This document shows, piece after piece, positions 1 through 9,922 of a stretch of DNA of 64,000 nucleotides. Both the position numbers and the translations under genes were made by a program. The notes below the pieces were generated by a model. It saw nothing but the letters and a program-made list of their open reading frames with translations, did not search any database and had not been told where the DNA came from. The DNA lies in NCBI GenBank assembly GCA_947448795.1, contig CANFOZ010000002.1, positions 29,642-93,641 on the forward strand, read 5' to 3'. Each line of letters starts with the position of its first letter. Position 1 is the stretch's first letter. The DNA is from Bacteroidota bacterium. GTDB taxonomy: Bacteria; Bacteroidota; Bacteroidia; AKYH767-A; JAHEYN01.

Positions 1-840
1 TCGGAGGAGTGTCTACTTATTTTGTTGTGTCGTTGGCTGAGGATTAAAACAGTATGCATACAAGAGTCGATTATTGATTTCAATCCTGCGGAACATAGAA
101 TGGCTGCCGCCGATTTTGTTTGTATCCAAGGCGCAGTAACTTCATTTGAGCTCAAAAGACGTCTCTTCTTTATTACTGGAAATCCGCGTTATGAACAGCT
201 TACCTTTTTACCACTGCCGGCTGTTCCGAAGCTCATGATCAATTGCAATTTCACGTATGGAATTTTTGAAGACTATCGTAATGAATGGCTAGATCAGATT
301 ATTGCCGTGGCTGAAGCATTGCCAGTCGATTATTTTATTTCCCAGCATCCTCGCGATACCGGCGATCTACAGGGATATAAAAACTGCATACGCTCAAATG
401 CTGCTGAAGTTCATGCACAGATCGCCAGTGCGTCAATTGTCATCACCCGCTTCAGTTCGCTTGTTCATGAAGCGCTATTAATGGGGCGTAAGGTTATTTA
501 TTTCAACCCGCATGGCGAGAAGATGCACTATGATTTTACTTTTGATAAGGATCATGTTATACTGGCCACCAATTCGACTAAATTAACCTTGGCCTTGAAT
601 AGCTTGTTGAAAGATAAAAGTCTTTCAACGGAAGATCGGTTTATTGCGACTGAAACCTTTGTGGATTGTCATTGTCTTCAGATGTGCAGAAACAGCACTT
701 ACAATATTCAGCTTGTTATTGATAATATTAATAAACTGACGATTAGGTCTAACGGTATTAGAAGCAAATCTGATTTACTCTTTTTTGTAGTAAAATTCAT
801 TGCCAGAAACATTCGAAATTTCATATGGAGTCTGAAATGA
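1..840 (+). CDS. 5'-truncated CDS; the C-terminal part of a glycan/capsule-biosynthesis protein (Capsule_synth/GT-B-like). The frame is open from window position 1.
   Basis: Frame 1 has no stop from nt 1 to 840, so the gene starts upstream of the window. The C-terminal region (VITRFSSLVHEALLMGRKVIYFNP) resembles the nucleotide-sugar-binding half of KpsC/KpsS-type capsule enzymes. It sits at the head of a glycosyltransferase cluster. Confidence 0.4.
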   Translation, partial: SEECLLILLCRWLRIKTVCIQESIIDFNPAEHRMAAADFVCIQGAVTSFELKRRLFFITGNPRYEQLTFLPLPAVPKLMINCNFTYGIFEDYRNEWLDQIIAVAEALPVDYFISQHPRDTGDLQGYKNCIRSNAAEVHAQIASASIVITRFSSLVHEALLMGRKVIYFNPHGEKMHYDFTFDKDHVILATNSTKLTLALNSLLKDKSLSTEDRFIATETFVDCHCLQMCRNSTYNIQLVIDNINKLTIRSNGIRSKSDLLFFVVKFIARNIRNFIWSLK

Positions 841-1967
841 AAATCCCGAAAAATTTGATTGAATTAGAGATATGGGATTTTATTTTTCTATTGCTCTTTT
901 ACCCAATATTAAGTCTCGGGACATATATTGTTAATCTTATCATTGGCTATAAAGCTTTTGAAACCCCGGTTATTTTAGAGTTAATAGTATTGCTATTTCT
1001 GCTTATTAAATCCAGGTATGATTGGACATTAATTCTTATATTCATTTACGCACTGACCAATGCTTATTATTTTGGTCATCCGTTTGGGATGATTCCCATC
1101 ACTCTTGCATTCTACTCGCTTTATTTGTTTTCTAATGTTCGTATTAAAGGCGATGTCTCTGCTTATGATAATTTTATAATTCCTTTTGCATATGTTTTTG
1201 TATTCCTTTACCTTATAACAGCGTTTATAAATGGGAAAACTGTTGATGATTCTTCAGCTGTTGAAGTTCGTACCTACTATCATGGATTCATAGTAGCACA
1301 TGCTTTTTCTTATTATACTGCAATATTGGGTTATTACATTACCAAGAGGAAGTCTATTTGGCAGGCAATTCCGATTTTTATAGCAGGCATACTTGTTGGT
1401 GCCAGGTCTGGTTGGTTGTTGAATTTTTTTTCCATTCTGGCTTGCTTTAATCTAAGTCATTTATTTTTTATTTTCAGAAGAATCGTTCGAATATTATTCT
1501 ATGCTACCTTGGTTTTAATACTAGTTGAATATGAGGATATTTCGATGTTTCTTGTCAACTATTTTAATGCGTTCAATGCAGCTGATCTAATTCAATATAG
1601 TAACGGCAGAACGGGATTTTGGTTTTTGGGAATAAATGAAATATTCTCCCAAAATTTTTTCTCTTCTGAGATGCTGGTAGGACGAGGCGCAACATCATCA
1701 TTCGATTTTTTAGAACATTTTGTTGGCCTAAGAGTATGGTTTCACAATGATTGGATTGAAATTCTTTTTAGTTTTGGTATTCTTGGACTGCTTATCTATG
1801 TTTTTTTTCTATATAACTTCGTAAAAAAGACTCATAGTATGTTTCTGCTTTGTTTTGTCATCATAGCTGCATCGGTCAATGGGTTTATATTTTATGATAC
1901 ATTATTCATTTTGCTTTTATCTGCAGCTATCGTTTCATTTCAAAAAAAGAGTGTTGTCAATGAATAG
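825..1967 (+). CDS. Polytopic membrane protein, Wzy-like O-antigen/repeat-unit polymerase or ligase.
   Basis: 380 aa and very hydrophobic, with roughly ten predicted TM segments. It is AT-rich and embedded between glycosyltransferases. It overlaps the upstream gene by 16 nt. Confidence 0.5.
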   Translation: MESEMKIPKNLIELEIWDFIFLLLFYPILSLGTYIVNLIIGYKAFETPVILELIVLLFLLIKSRYDWTLILIFIYALTNAYYFGHPFGMIPITLAFYSLYLFSNVRIKGDVSAYDNFIIPFAYVFVFLYLITAFINGKTVDDSSAVEVRTYYHGFIVAHAFSYYTAILGYYITKRKSIWQAIPIFIAGILVGARSGWLLNFFSILACFNLSHLFFIFRRIVRILFYATLVLILVEYEDISMFLVNYFNAFNAADLIQYSNGRTGFWFLGINEIFSQNFFSSEMLVGRGATSSFDFLEHFVGLRVWFHNDWIEILFSFGILGLLIYVFFLYNFVKKTHSMFLLCFVIIAASVNGFIFYDTLFILLLSAAIVSFQKKSVVNE

Positions 1968-2033
1968 ATTTTATAAACCAAGTTTGCCGAATATGAAGCA
2001 TTATTTTTATCATTTTTAAAAATTGATTTTCAT

Positions 2034-2954
2034 TTGTACATGCAAACTTCGCCTGCTGGGTTAGTCTCAGTTTTGTTATCTGTTTATAACGGAGAGTTAG
2101 CTCTTAACCAAACTATTGAAAGTATTTTAGGGCAGTCATACCATAACATTGAGTTTGTGATCGTAAACGATGGCTCCACCGACAGCACACTTTCTGTCTT
2201 GGAACACTACCAAAAAGCAGACAAGCGCATAAAAATACTGAACAAGCCTAACACGGGTTTGATTGACAGTTTAAACCAAGGCTTGCAAATGTGCACCGGG
2301 GAATTTGTTTTTCGGCAGGATGCCGAGGATATATCCCACAAGCATCGAATTGAATACATGTTAGACTACCTTGCAAAGCACAAGCATATTGACTGTTTAG
2401 TATCGCTCTCCTTTGTAGTGGATACTTCGTACCGCATCATCGGCATCTCCAATCTGCTGCCTTTCAAATCCTTGGATGATGCCTTGCGTCAAAATCAGAA
2501 CCCCTTTGCACACGGCGCAGTCGCTTACCGACGCGCACAGGTCCTTGCCTTGGGTGGATATCCTGCGGTGCTGCATGCCGAGGATCATGCACTCTGGCAG
2601 CGCATGTACAAAAGTGGTTTAAAGTTTCACCTGATCCGCAAACCACTGTTTGCGTACATGAAAAGTGATCACGGTATCACCTACGCCAACAGAGGTGTGC
2701 AGCTTAGAACCGTGTTGCTCAGTAAAGGGGTGAGCGATGAAACTGTTTTTAAAAAGCAGTTGCTGAAGGAGCAAGTAGGTCAGCTGATACTAGATGGGAT
2801 ACCTATAGAAATAACAGTGCCAAGCGGATTGACGCTCTACTATTACTATCTTTATATGCGTTTTTCACTGGTATCTTTCGTTCAGATAAAAATATTGATT
2901 CCGTTGGTATTTCGTAAGTATATGGTGGGTTTTAACGCAATTCGTTCAAATTAA
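2034..2954 (+). CDS. Glycosyltransferase family 2 (first copy of a tandem pair).
   Basis: N-terminal GT-A signature VSVLLSVYNGE...FVIVNDGSTD, an AED acidic motif, and the HAED motif shared with GT2 paralogs. Confidence 0.8.
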   Translation: MYMQTSPAGLVSVLLSVYNGELALNQTIESILGQSYHNIEFVIVNDGSTDSTLSVLEHYQKADKRIKILNKPNTGLIDSLNQGLQMCTGEFVFRQDAEDISHKHRIEYMLDYLAKHKHIDCLVSLSFVVDTSYRIIGISNLLPFKSLDDALRQNQNPFAHGAVAYRRAQVLALGGYPAVLHAEDHALWQRMYKSGLKFHLIRKPLFAYMKSDHGITYANRGVQLRTVLLSKGVSDETVFKKQLLKEQVGQLILDGIPIEITVPSGLTLYYYYLYMRFSLVSFVQIKILIPLVFRKYMVGFNAIRSN

Positions 2955-2956
2955 CA

Positions 2957-3907
2957 ATGACCGAGATGAACATGGATGCAAAGCCCGCTGTCTCTGTGCT
3001 GCTGTGTGTGTATAACGGCGGCCCTTGCTTGGCTTATACGTTGGATAGCATCCTCAACCAATCCTATACTCACTTTGAGTTTGTCATTGTCAATGATGGA
3101 TCCACCGATGGCTCACAACAGCTGCTCGAGTCCTATGCAGCTGAAGATAAGCGTATCAAACTAATCAACAAACCCAACACAGGATTGATTGACAGTTTGA
3201 ATATCGGTCTGCAGGCGTGTTCAAACGACATCGTTTTCAGGCACGATGCAGAAGATGTATCACATCCCGATCGGCTGCGACTGCAGCTTGATTTCTTGTT
3301 GACGAACCCCCATGTATCGTGTGTCGCCTCTCGCACCTTTTTTGTTGACGAAAAGTATGGAATTATCGGTTTCTCGCCATTGTTGCCCATCAAAAACCTA
3401 GATGAAACAGTAGATGCAAACCAGACTAAAATCATCCACGGAAGTGTTGCTTTTCGGAAATCCGCCGTTTTACAAGTCGGAGGATATCCTCGTGTTTTAC
3501 ATGCCGAAGACTATGCACTTTGGCGGCTGATGCGCGCATCGGGTATGCATTTGCACATGTTACCAATGCCTCTTTACGGTTATATGAAGGTGCCACGAGG
3601 CATCACTTTCTCAAACAGCTTTACACAACTCAAAGCGGTGTATGAAGTAGCTAAGGAAAAATATACGGATGCGGATATTCACAAAAGCATTTGTCGCATC
3701 AACCTGCGCAATCGAATGCTTTATCAATTCGACCGCGCTTGGGAGACGCCGGTTGACGTATCCTTTCTCTACAAATTGAGCTGGACTTTCTATTTTCGAC
3801 TGCTTTCGCTTTATCAATCCCTATTGGTTATGCGCTATGCGCGTTTCGCCAAAGCACTTCAGCCGGGTCACCAACAGCATACAGAAGTTAAGCTTAGTAC
3901 GTTCTAA
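2957..3907 (+). CDS. Glycosyltransferase family 2 (second copy of the tandem pair).
   Basis: VSVLLCVYNGG...FVIVNDGSTD. It is roughly half identical to the upstream GT2 over the catalytic domain (NKPNTGLIDSLN, RHDAEDVSH, GGYPRVLHAEDYALW). It starts 2 nt after the previous stop. Confidence 0.8.
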   Translation: MTEMNMDAKPAVSVLLCVYNGGPCLAYTLDSILNQSYTHFEFVIVNDGSTDGSQQLLESYAAEDKRIKLINKPNTGLIDSLNIGLQACSNDIVFRHDAEDVSHPDRLRLQLDFLLTNPHVSCVASRTFFVDEKYGIIGFSPLLPIKNLDETVDANQTKIIHGSVAFRKSAVLQVGGYPRVLHAEDYALWRLMRASGMHLHMLPMPLYGYMKVPRGITFSNSFTQLKAVYEVAKEKYTDADIHKSICRINLRNRMLYQFDRAWETPVDVSFLYKLSWTFYFRLLSLYQSLLVMRYARFAKALQPGHQQHTEVKLSTF

Positions 3908-3963
3908 GAATACTGCTTTCTGATTTTACTGTACTTTGTTTATCTTGCATTCGCTTAAAGGTA

Positions 3964-5070
3964 TTGAATTCAATGAATAAAATTTTAGTAGTTGGGCAAA
4001 CCCCACCTCCATATCATGGACAGGCTTTGGCGATCGAGCGTATATTGAAAGGAGAGTACCGTCATGCCAAACTTTTTCATGCGCGCATGGGTTTCGCCAA
4101 AGACAACGATGATCTGGGTACGGTGCGTGTTGGTAAAATCACGCATTTGTTAGGCCTCCTTCTTCAAATCGCGTGGATGCGCATCACAAAAAACATCAAG
4201 GTCCTTTATTATCCTCCTTCCGGTCCTAAGAAAATAGCCGTTTATAGAGATATCGTGATACTTTGCCTGACACGTTGGATGTTTGCAAAAACGATTTTTC
4301 ATTTTCATGCAGGTGGTATTTCAGAATTGTATCCGCGCCTAAATCCCATAGCTAGGTTCTTCTTCCGGCGCGCCTTTTACCGCTGTGACTTGGCACTTGT
4401 ACTCTCGAACAACCTGCCACCAGACCACCTTTGTGTAAAGGCGAAAAAAACGTTAGTGCTGCCTTTAGGAGTGCAAGATATGTTCAATGAGCACTTGCAC
4501 AAGCCTTCAGTGAATGTTCTGCCGCACATCTTGTTCGTCGCGGTATTACATCGTTCTAAAGGAGTATTCGATTTATTGCAGGCCTGCCATATTCTTAAAA
4601 TGAAAGGATTCGAATTTGCGGTTGATATTGTCGGCATGTTTCCGGATAAAGAAATTGAGGCTGCTTGCAAAACGTTCATCCAGCAGCAAGACATGATGTC
4701 TAATGTGGTGTTTCATGGGGTATTAAAAGGGACAGAGATTGCAAAGGTTTATGCTAATGCTGATCTTTTTTGTTTTCCAACGTATTACGAATCAGAGGCC
4801 CTACCTCAGGTAGTCATCGAGGCCATGCAATTCAGTTTGCCTGTAGTTGCGACGGCCTGGCGTGGTGTGGTCGACCAAGTTGAAGATGGCCACAGTGGTT
4901 TTCTAACACCGAGCCATGATATAAACGCCTTGGCTGAACGATTGGGCCAACTACTTGCAGATCCTGCTTTGAGAGCGCAAATGGGGCGAGTCGGTCGCAC
5001 TTTGTATTTAAAAAAATACACGCTCGATGTCTTCTATCAAAAATTCGATGAGTGCTTATCTCAGGCATAA
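3964..5070 (+). CDS. Glycosyltransferase family 4 (GT-B, retaining).
   Basis: C-terminal EX7E-type motif (FPTYYESEALPQVVIEAMQFSLPVVAT) and an HSGF element. Confidence 0.75.
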   Translation: MNSMNKILVVGQTPPPYHGQALAIERILKGEYRHAKLFHARMGFAKDNDDLGTVRVGKITHLLGLLLQIAWMRITKNIKVLYYPPSGPKKIAVYRDIVILCLTRWMFAKTIFHFHAGGISELYPRLNPIARFFFRRAFYRCDLALVLSNNLPPDHLCVKAKKTLVLPLGVQDMFNEHLHKPSVNVLPHILFVAVLHRSKGVFDLLQACHILKMKGFEFAVDIVGMFPDKEIEAACKTFIQQQDMMSNVVFHGVLKGTEIAKVYANADLFCFPTYYESEALPQVVIEAMQFSLPVVATAWRGVVDQVEDGHSGFLTPSHDINALAERLGQLLADPALRAQMGRVGRTLYLKKYTLDVFYQKFDECLSQA

Positions 5071-5140
5071 TACTTAACGATATAAAAATTAATAAAGATA
5101 ACATCTTTTCAATGTTACGCTTGTTATAATTTCTTCATTC

Positions 5141-5803
5141 ATGCTTAAAGAAATTTTCAATCCCTACCGCAAGGACTCCTTGATTTACAATTTGCGCAGA
5201 AAGAGATTTGCTTTCTTTTTACGATTATTAAAAAACCAAAAACGACCATTAAAGTTGTTGGATGTTGGTGGTTTTGAAGCGTATTGGAAAGCCATGGGCA
5301 TGGAGAACTTGTCGAATATTCACTTTACTATGCTTAATCTTCAGGTATCGAAAACTGAGCAACCAACTTTTGTTAGTCTTGCAGGAGATGCCAGAAGCAT
5401 GCCTCAGTTTGCGAATGAATCGTTTGATGTGGTTTATTCCAATTCAGTGATTGAACACGTTGGAAATGCGCATGATCAGCAAGCAATGGCTGATGAAGTA
5501 CGCCGTTTGGGCAAATCTTATTTTGTTCAAACACCCAATTACTTTTTTCCTATTGAACCTCATTTTCTTTTTCCTTTTTTTCAATTTTTACCTGAAGCAA
5601 TTCGAGTGTATTTACATTTGAATTTTGATTTAGGACATATGAAGAAGGCGAAAAACAGAGAGGAAGCGATCAGTACTATTTATCACACCCGCTTGCTCAC
5701 CGAATCGGAAATGGTGAAGATGTTTCCGGGTTGCAAGGTATATAAAGAGATGTTTTTAGGATTCACAAAGTCAATAATCGTTTACAATGGATTTGATTCG
5801 TAA
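5141..5803 (+). CDS. Class I SAM-dependent methyltransferase (Methyltransf_11-like).
   Basis: LLDVGGFEAYW (motif I) and FDVVYSNSVIEHV (motif post-II). AT-rich gene inside the glycan locus. Confidence 0.65.
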   Translation: MLKEIFNPYRKDSLIYNLRRKRFAFFLRLLKNQKRPLKLLDVGGFEAYWKAMGMENLSNIHFTMLNLQVSKTEQPTFVSLAGDARSMPQFANESFDVVYSNSVIEHVGNAHDQQAMADEVRRLGKSYFVQTPNYFFPIEPHFLFPFFQFLPEAIRVYLHLNFDLGHMKKAKNREEAISTIYHTRLLTESEMVKMFPGCKVYKEMFLGFTKSIIVYNGFDS

Positions 5804-5947
5804 TGTTAGTTGACACGGATATCAATTGCATCTATATTAGGAGTCAACTTTTCTTTTTCTTTTAATCCCAAATACCTACGTTTAAGACGAATATCAGGAC
5901 CACATCAGCTCGCTCTTTTTATCTTCAATATTTCGATTTTTTAGCCA

Positions 5948-6721
5948 ATGAATAGTGTCCATGTTTTAGGAATTCCATTATACAATAAAACACTAGTAGA
6001 CGCTGTGCAGGAATTACGCCAGGATGTGCTGGCCGGTAATCCGCCATTAAATCGATGCATGAGCGCTACCGGTGGACATGGTTTGGTGTATGCCCAACGC
6101 AACCCGGATTTCGCTCTTTTGCTGAATCGCTTTTACAGAAACCTGCCAGATGGTATGCCTGGGGTGTGGATTGGTAGATTGAAGGGGGCTAAAAACATGA
6201 GACGCTGTCCTGGGCCGGATTTTTTTGAAGCTGTAATGAAGGCTACAGCAAGCGATAACATCAATCATTTTTTTTGTGGGGGGCGCGAAGGGGTAGCGCA
6301 GGAACTAAAGGAAGCTTGTAGAGTCAAGTTTGCGAATCAGCATGTTGTCGGGGTTTATACGCCTCCTTTTCGGCCAATGACGACGACTGAATTGCAAGCA
6401 TTAGCCGCTGCCATTGAGCACTCAGGCGCTGATGTGGTATGGTTGGGGATTAGCACGCCCAAGCAAGAAATGCTTGCTGAAGAGCTTTGCAAGTATTTGA
6501 AAACATCCTATGTGATCGCTGTAGGTGCGGCTTTTGATTTTCATACGGATAGAGCAAAAAAGGCGCCCAAATGGATTGGGTCAATAGGTCTAGAGTGGTT
6601 ATACCGATTACTTATGGAGCCGCGTCGCCTCTATAAACGATACGCAGTTGTGGTTCCTCTTTTTTTATGGTACAATCTCTGCGAATTTTATTATTTTTGC
6701 ACTTCAGAAAAAACTAAATAA
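5948..6721 (+). CDS. WecB/TagA/CpsF-family glycosyltransferase (GT26).
   Basis: 257 aa. The N-terminus (VHVLGIPLYNKTLVDAV) and the central region (GPDFFEAVM...FFCGGREGVA...VWLGISTPKQE) are typical of GT26 N-acetylmannosaminyl/glucosyl transferases. Confidence 0.7.
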   Translation: MNSVHVLGIPLYNKTLVDAVQELRQDVLAGNPPLNRCMSATGGHGLVYAQRNPDFALLLNRFYRNLPDGMPGVWIGRLKGAKNMRRCPGPDFFEAVMKATASDNINHFFCGGREGVAQELKEACRVKFANQHVVGVYTPPFRPMTTTELQALAAAIEHSGADVVWLGISTPKQEMLAEELCKYLKTSYVIAVGAAFDFHTDRAKKAPKWIGSIGLEWLYRLLMEPRRLYKRYAVVVPLFLWYNLCEFYYFCTSEKTK

Positions 6722-6723
6722 AC

Positions 6724-7692
6724 ATGAAAAAAGCATTGGTTTGTGGTGGTGGTGGGTTCATTGGAGGTCATCTGATTGCTCGTTTAAAATCAGAGGGCTA
6801 TTGGGTGCGTGCGGTGGATATCAAAACCAATGAATATGGCAACGGCTTGGCCGATGAATTTGTTTTAGGTGATTTGACCGATATGACGATTGTCAATCAG
6901 GTGCTTGATCAACCCTTTGACGAGGTTTATCAGTTGGCTGCAGATATGGGTGGAGCGGGCTATATTTTTACTGGCGAGAACGATGCAAATGTGATGCACA
7001 ATTCAGCAACTATCAATCTGAATATTGCTAATCGTGCAGTGCAAGAAAAGGTAAAGAAGCTCTTTTACTCTTCGTCAGCATGTATGTATCCGGCTTATAA
7101 TCAAGAAGACCCAAACAATCCAAAATGTTCAGAGGATTCGGCTTACCCTGCTGCACCCGATAGCGAATATGGCTGGGAAAAGTTATTCAGTGAGCGTCTC
7201 TATCTTGCGTATCAGCGCAACTATGGACTCGATGTTCGAATCGCCCGATTCCACAACATCTTTGGTCCGAAAGGCACTTGGACAGGAGGGAAAGAGAAAT
7301 CACCTGCTGCCATCTGTCGAAAAGTAATCATGGCTAAGGAGGGTGAGTCAATTGAGATTTGGGGCGATGGTCAACAAACCCGTTCCTTTTTATTCATCGA
7401 TGAATGCATCGAAGCTGTCCGCCGACTCATGAATAGTGACTTTATTTTTCCTGTCAATATTGGATCTGAAGAGATGGTGACTATCAATCAATTAGCTGAG
7501 ATGGTTATGGAAATTGGTGGTAAAAAAAGGACCCTTAAACACATTCCGGGTCCAACAGGCGTGCGCGGAAGGAATTCGGACAATGCGCTTATCCAAGAAA
7601 AACTGAGTTGGGCTCCATCGCGTCCTTTGAAAGAAGGCCTGGAAAAAACGTATGTATGGATTGCTCAGCAAGTTGCAGAGGCTACCAAGTAG
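6724..7692 (+). CDS. NAD-dependent epimerase of the GDP-mannose 3,5-epimerase (GME) subfamily.
   Basis: Rossmann N-terminus (GGGGFIGGHL), SSACMYP (catalytic Cys region) and RFHNIFGPKGTWTGGKEKSPAAICRK. These closely match the plant and bacterial GME signature (SSACIYP, RFHNIYGPFGTWKGGREKAPAAFCRK). Confidence 0.6.
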   Translation: MKKALVCGGGGFIGGHLIARLKSEGYWVRAVDIKTNEYGNGLADEFVLGDLTDMTIVNQVLDQPFDEVYQLAADMGGAGYIFTGENDANVMHNSATINLNIANRAVQEKVKKLFYSSSACMYPAYNQEDPNNPKCSEDSAYPAAPDSEYGWEKLFSERLYLAYQRNYGLDVRIARFHNIFGPKGTWTGGKEKSPAAICRKVIMAKEGESIEIWGDGQQTRSFLFIDECIEAVRRLMNSDFIFPVNIGSEEMVTINQLAEMVMEIGGKKRTLKHIPGPTGVRGRNSDNALIQEKLSWAPSRPLKEGLEKTYVWIAQQVAEATK

Positions 7693-7761
7693 TCCTTATA
7701 ATAGATTTTTCAGGTCGCAATTGCAAAGTCATCGCATCCGGATATTCCTTTGTAATTTATT

Positions 7762-8388
7762 TTGAACTTGCGAAGTATGCTCTTTGATTTTCTACAGCAG
7801 GTTTCCAATGTTATTGCTCCTTCGCTTCTTTGGCATATGCCACGCAGCGAGCAAGCGGTGTATCTAACTTTTGATGATGGGCCGACCAAAGAAGCAACCG
7901 AATTTGTATTGGATCTTTTAAAATCAAATAATGCCAAAGCAAGTTTTTTTTGCATTGGCGCCAATGTCAATCGATATCCTGAGCTTTACAAAAGAATCTT
8001 GTCAGAAGGTCATCGCGTCGGAAATCATACGATGAATCATCGAAACGGATGGAAGAGTGGTTACGCAGATTACCTTCATGAAGTTAACAAGTGTCGTACT
8101 TGTGTCGACTCTAATCTTTTTCGTCCACCATATGGCAAACTTGGTTTGCGGCAATACTGGGAATTACGCAAAACGTACCGCATTGTTATGTGGGATGTTT
8201 TAAGTCGTGATTTTGAATCAAGCATAACGCCAATGCAGTGTATGCAACGTGTTGAAAAGCGCATTGAGCCAGGTTCCTTGTTGGTTTTTCATGATAGTGA
8301 GCGTTGCTTCCCATTACTTCAAGAAGTGCTGCCGTCAATAATCGAACTTATAAAGCGCCAAGGCTTAGCCATGAAGCCAATTCTTTGA
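7762..8388 (+). CDS. Polysaccharide deacetylase (CE4 / NodB-homology domain).
   Basis: YLTFDDGP motif, an HRVGNHTMNH His motif and RPPYG. Confidence 0.75.
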   Translation: MNLRSMLFDFLQQVSNVIAPSLLWHMPRSEQAVYLTFDDGPTKEATEFVLDLLKSNNAKASFFCIGANVNRYPELYKRILSEGHRVGNHTMNHRNGWKSGYADYLHEVNKCRTCVDSNLFRPPYGKLGLRQYWELRKTYRIVMWDVLSRDFESSITPMQCMQRVEKRIEPGSLLVFHDSERCFPLLQEVLPSIIELIKRQGLAMKPIL

Positions 8389-8527
8389 TACGATAAGATA
8401 GAAGCTATAGCAGATTGAATGCTTTTGTTTACGGCTTCTTAGGCGCGTTTCCGTTTTCTTGTTGATTCCAAAATGTTAACTTTGCAGAACAAATAAAGAG
8501 AAAGTAAAAGCATTCTCTTCGCATATC

Positions 8528-9922
8528 ATGGCACCACGTTATTCTCGTTTTTTCCGGACCGCCAATATCGTTGGAGATTTGTTTCTCCTCAATTTCGCTT
8601 TCTATTTGGTGAACAGTATCTGGTACAACGATTTAACGGTATCGTTCTCTTCGCATTACCTGAAACAGTTTGTTTACATCAATCTTTTTTGGGGTGTAGC
8701 GGCCTCCATCAATAGCACCTACGACATGTTTCGGGTGATGCGTATTGAAAAGGCCCTCGTGATGCTCATTCGCACCCAGTTGTTGCACCTGCTGCTCTGT
8801 TTCGCTTTCATCGTGATTTTTAAAGAGAAGATCTTGTCCTATCGTTTGTATTCCATCAAATACGCGGCATTCGTAGTGCTTGTGTTTTCCTGGCGTATTG
8901 GGTTTATCTACTCCTTGAAGTTTATTCGTAAAATGGGTTTGAACTTCCGCAACATAATCATTATAGGTACTGGTCCCGTGGCCTTGGAAGGTTTCGATTT
9001 CTTTAGCAGACACCCTGAGCACGGGTACCGATTCTTGGGCTTTTTTCGTGAACATGGTGAACAGAATGTGCTGAATAAAAAAACAGCAGAAGCATTATCT
9101 ATTAAAGAAGCAGAGCAGTTCTGTTTGGAAAATGATATTGATGAAATATACTGTTCCATGTCCGATGTCAAGCCAGAAAGCATCAAGCGCTTGATGCAAT
9201 TTTGTGATGATAACCTTATTCGCTTCAAGTTACTGCCAGATTTTAGAGGTTTCATGGGGAAGCGATTAGAAATAAATTTCTACGACTATATACCTGTGTT
9301 AACTCCGCGAAAGGAGCCCCTCGAGAATCCGTTAAATCGGTTTCTTAAGCGCATTTTTGATATCTTTTTTTCCTTGCTGATCATCGTGCTTTTTTTTCCA
9401 TGGCTGTTCCCATTGGTTGCCTTGCTTATTAAGCTATCCTCAAAGGGGCCTGTGTTTTTTGTTCAATGGCGTACCGGTATTAATAAAAAACCTTTTCGCT
9501 GTTTCAAGTTTCGCTCCATGCGTGCCGATTTTGTTTCGAATGCTCAGGCCTCTATTAATGATCCTCGTGTAACCCCAATTGGTCGGTTTTTGCGTGCTAG
9601 CTCGATAGATGAGATGCCCCAGTTTTTGAATGTATTATTAGGCAATATGTCTGTCGTTGGACCTCGTCCGCACATGATCCAGCACACCGATAAATACGCT
9701 CAAATTATAAGTGGATTTATGGTTCGTCATTTTGTTAAACCAGGCATCACCGGACTTGCTCAGGTGAGCGGTTTTCGTGGACAAACAGCCGATCCAGAAC
9801 TGATGCGCGGTCGTATCGAGCGGGATATCTGGTACATCGAGAATTGGTCTATCTTGTTTGATGTTAAAATCATACTGTTAACGCTTATTAAAATTTTCAA
9901 AGGCGATGAAAATGCGCATTAA
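8528..9922 (+). CDS. Polyprenyl-phosphate sugar-1-phosphate transferase (WbaP/WcaJ-type bacterial sugar transferase).
   Basis: 464 aa with N-terminal TM helices. C-terminal Bac_transf domain (FFSLLIIVL...KGPVFFVQWRTG...FKFRSM...EMPQFLNVLLGNMSVVGPRP). Confidence 0.8.
   Translation: MAPRYSRFFRTANIVGDLFLLNFAFYLVNSIWYNDLTVSFSSHYLKQFVYINLFWGVAASINSTYDMFRVMRIEKALVMLIRTQLLHLLLCFAFIVIFKEKILSYRLYSIKYAAFVVLVFSWRIGFIYSLKFIRKMGLNFRNIIIIGTGPVALEGFDFFSRHPEHGYRFLGFFREHGEQNVLNKKTAEALSIKEAEQFCLENDIDEIYCSMSDVKPESIKRLMQFCDDNLIRFKLLPDFRGFMGKRLEINFYDYIPVLTPRKEPLENPLNRFLKRIFDIFFSLLIIVLFFPWLFPLVALLIKLSSKGPVFFVQWRTGINKKPFRCFKFRSMRADFVSNAQASINDPRVTPIGRFLRASSIDEMPQFLNVLLGNMSVVGPRPHMIQHTDKYAQIISGFMVRHFVKPGITGLAQVSGFRGQTADPELMRGRIERDIWYIENWSILFDVKIILLTLIKIFKGDENAH

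Noticed and set aside
8633-9255. Two minus-strand ORFs (140 and 115 aa) inside the sugar-transferase gene.
   Set aside because: They are antisense to a well-supported CDS. Their composition reflects the mirrored codon bias.
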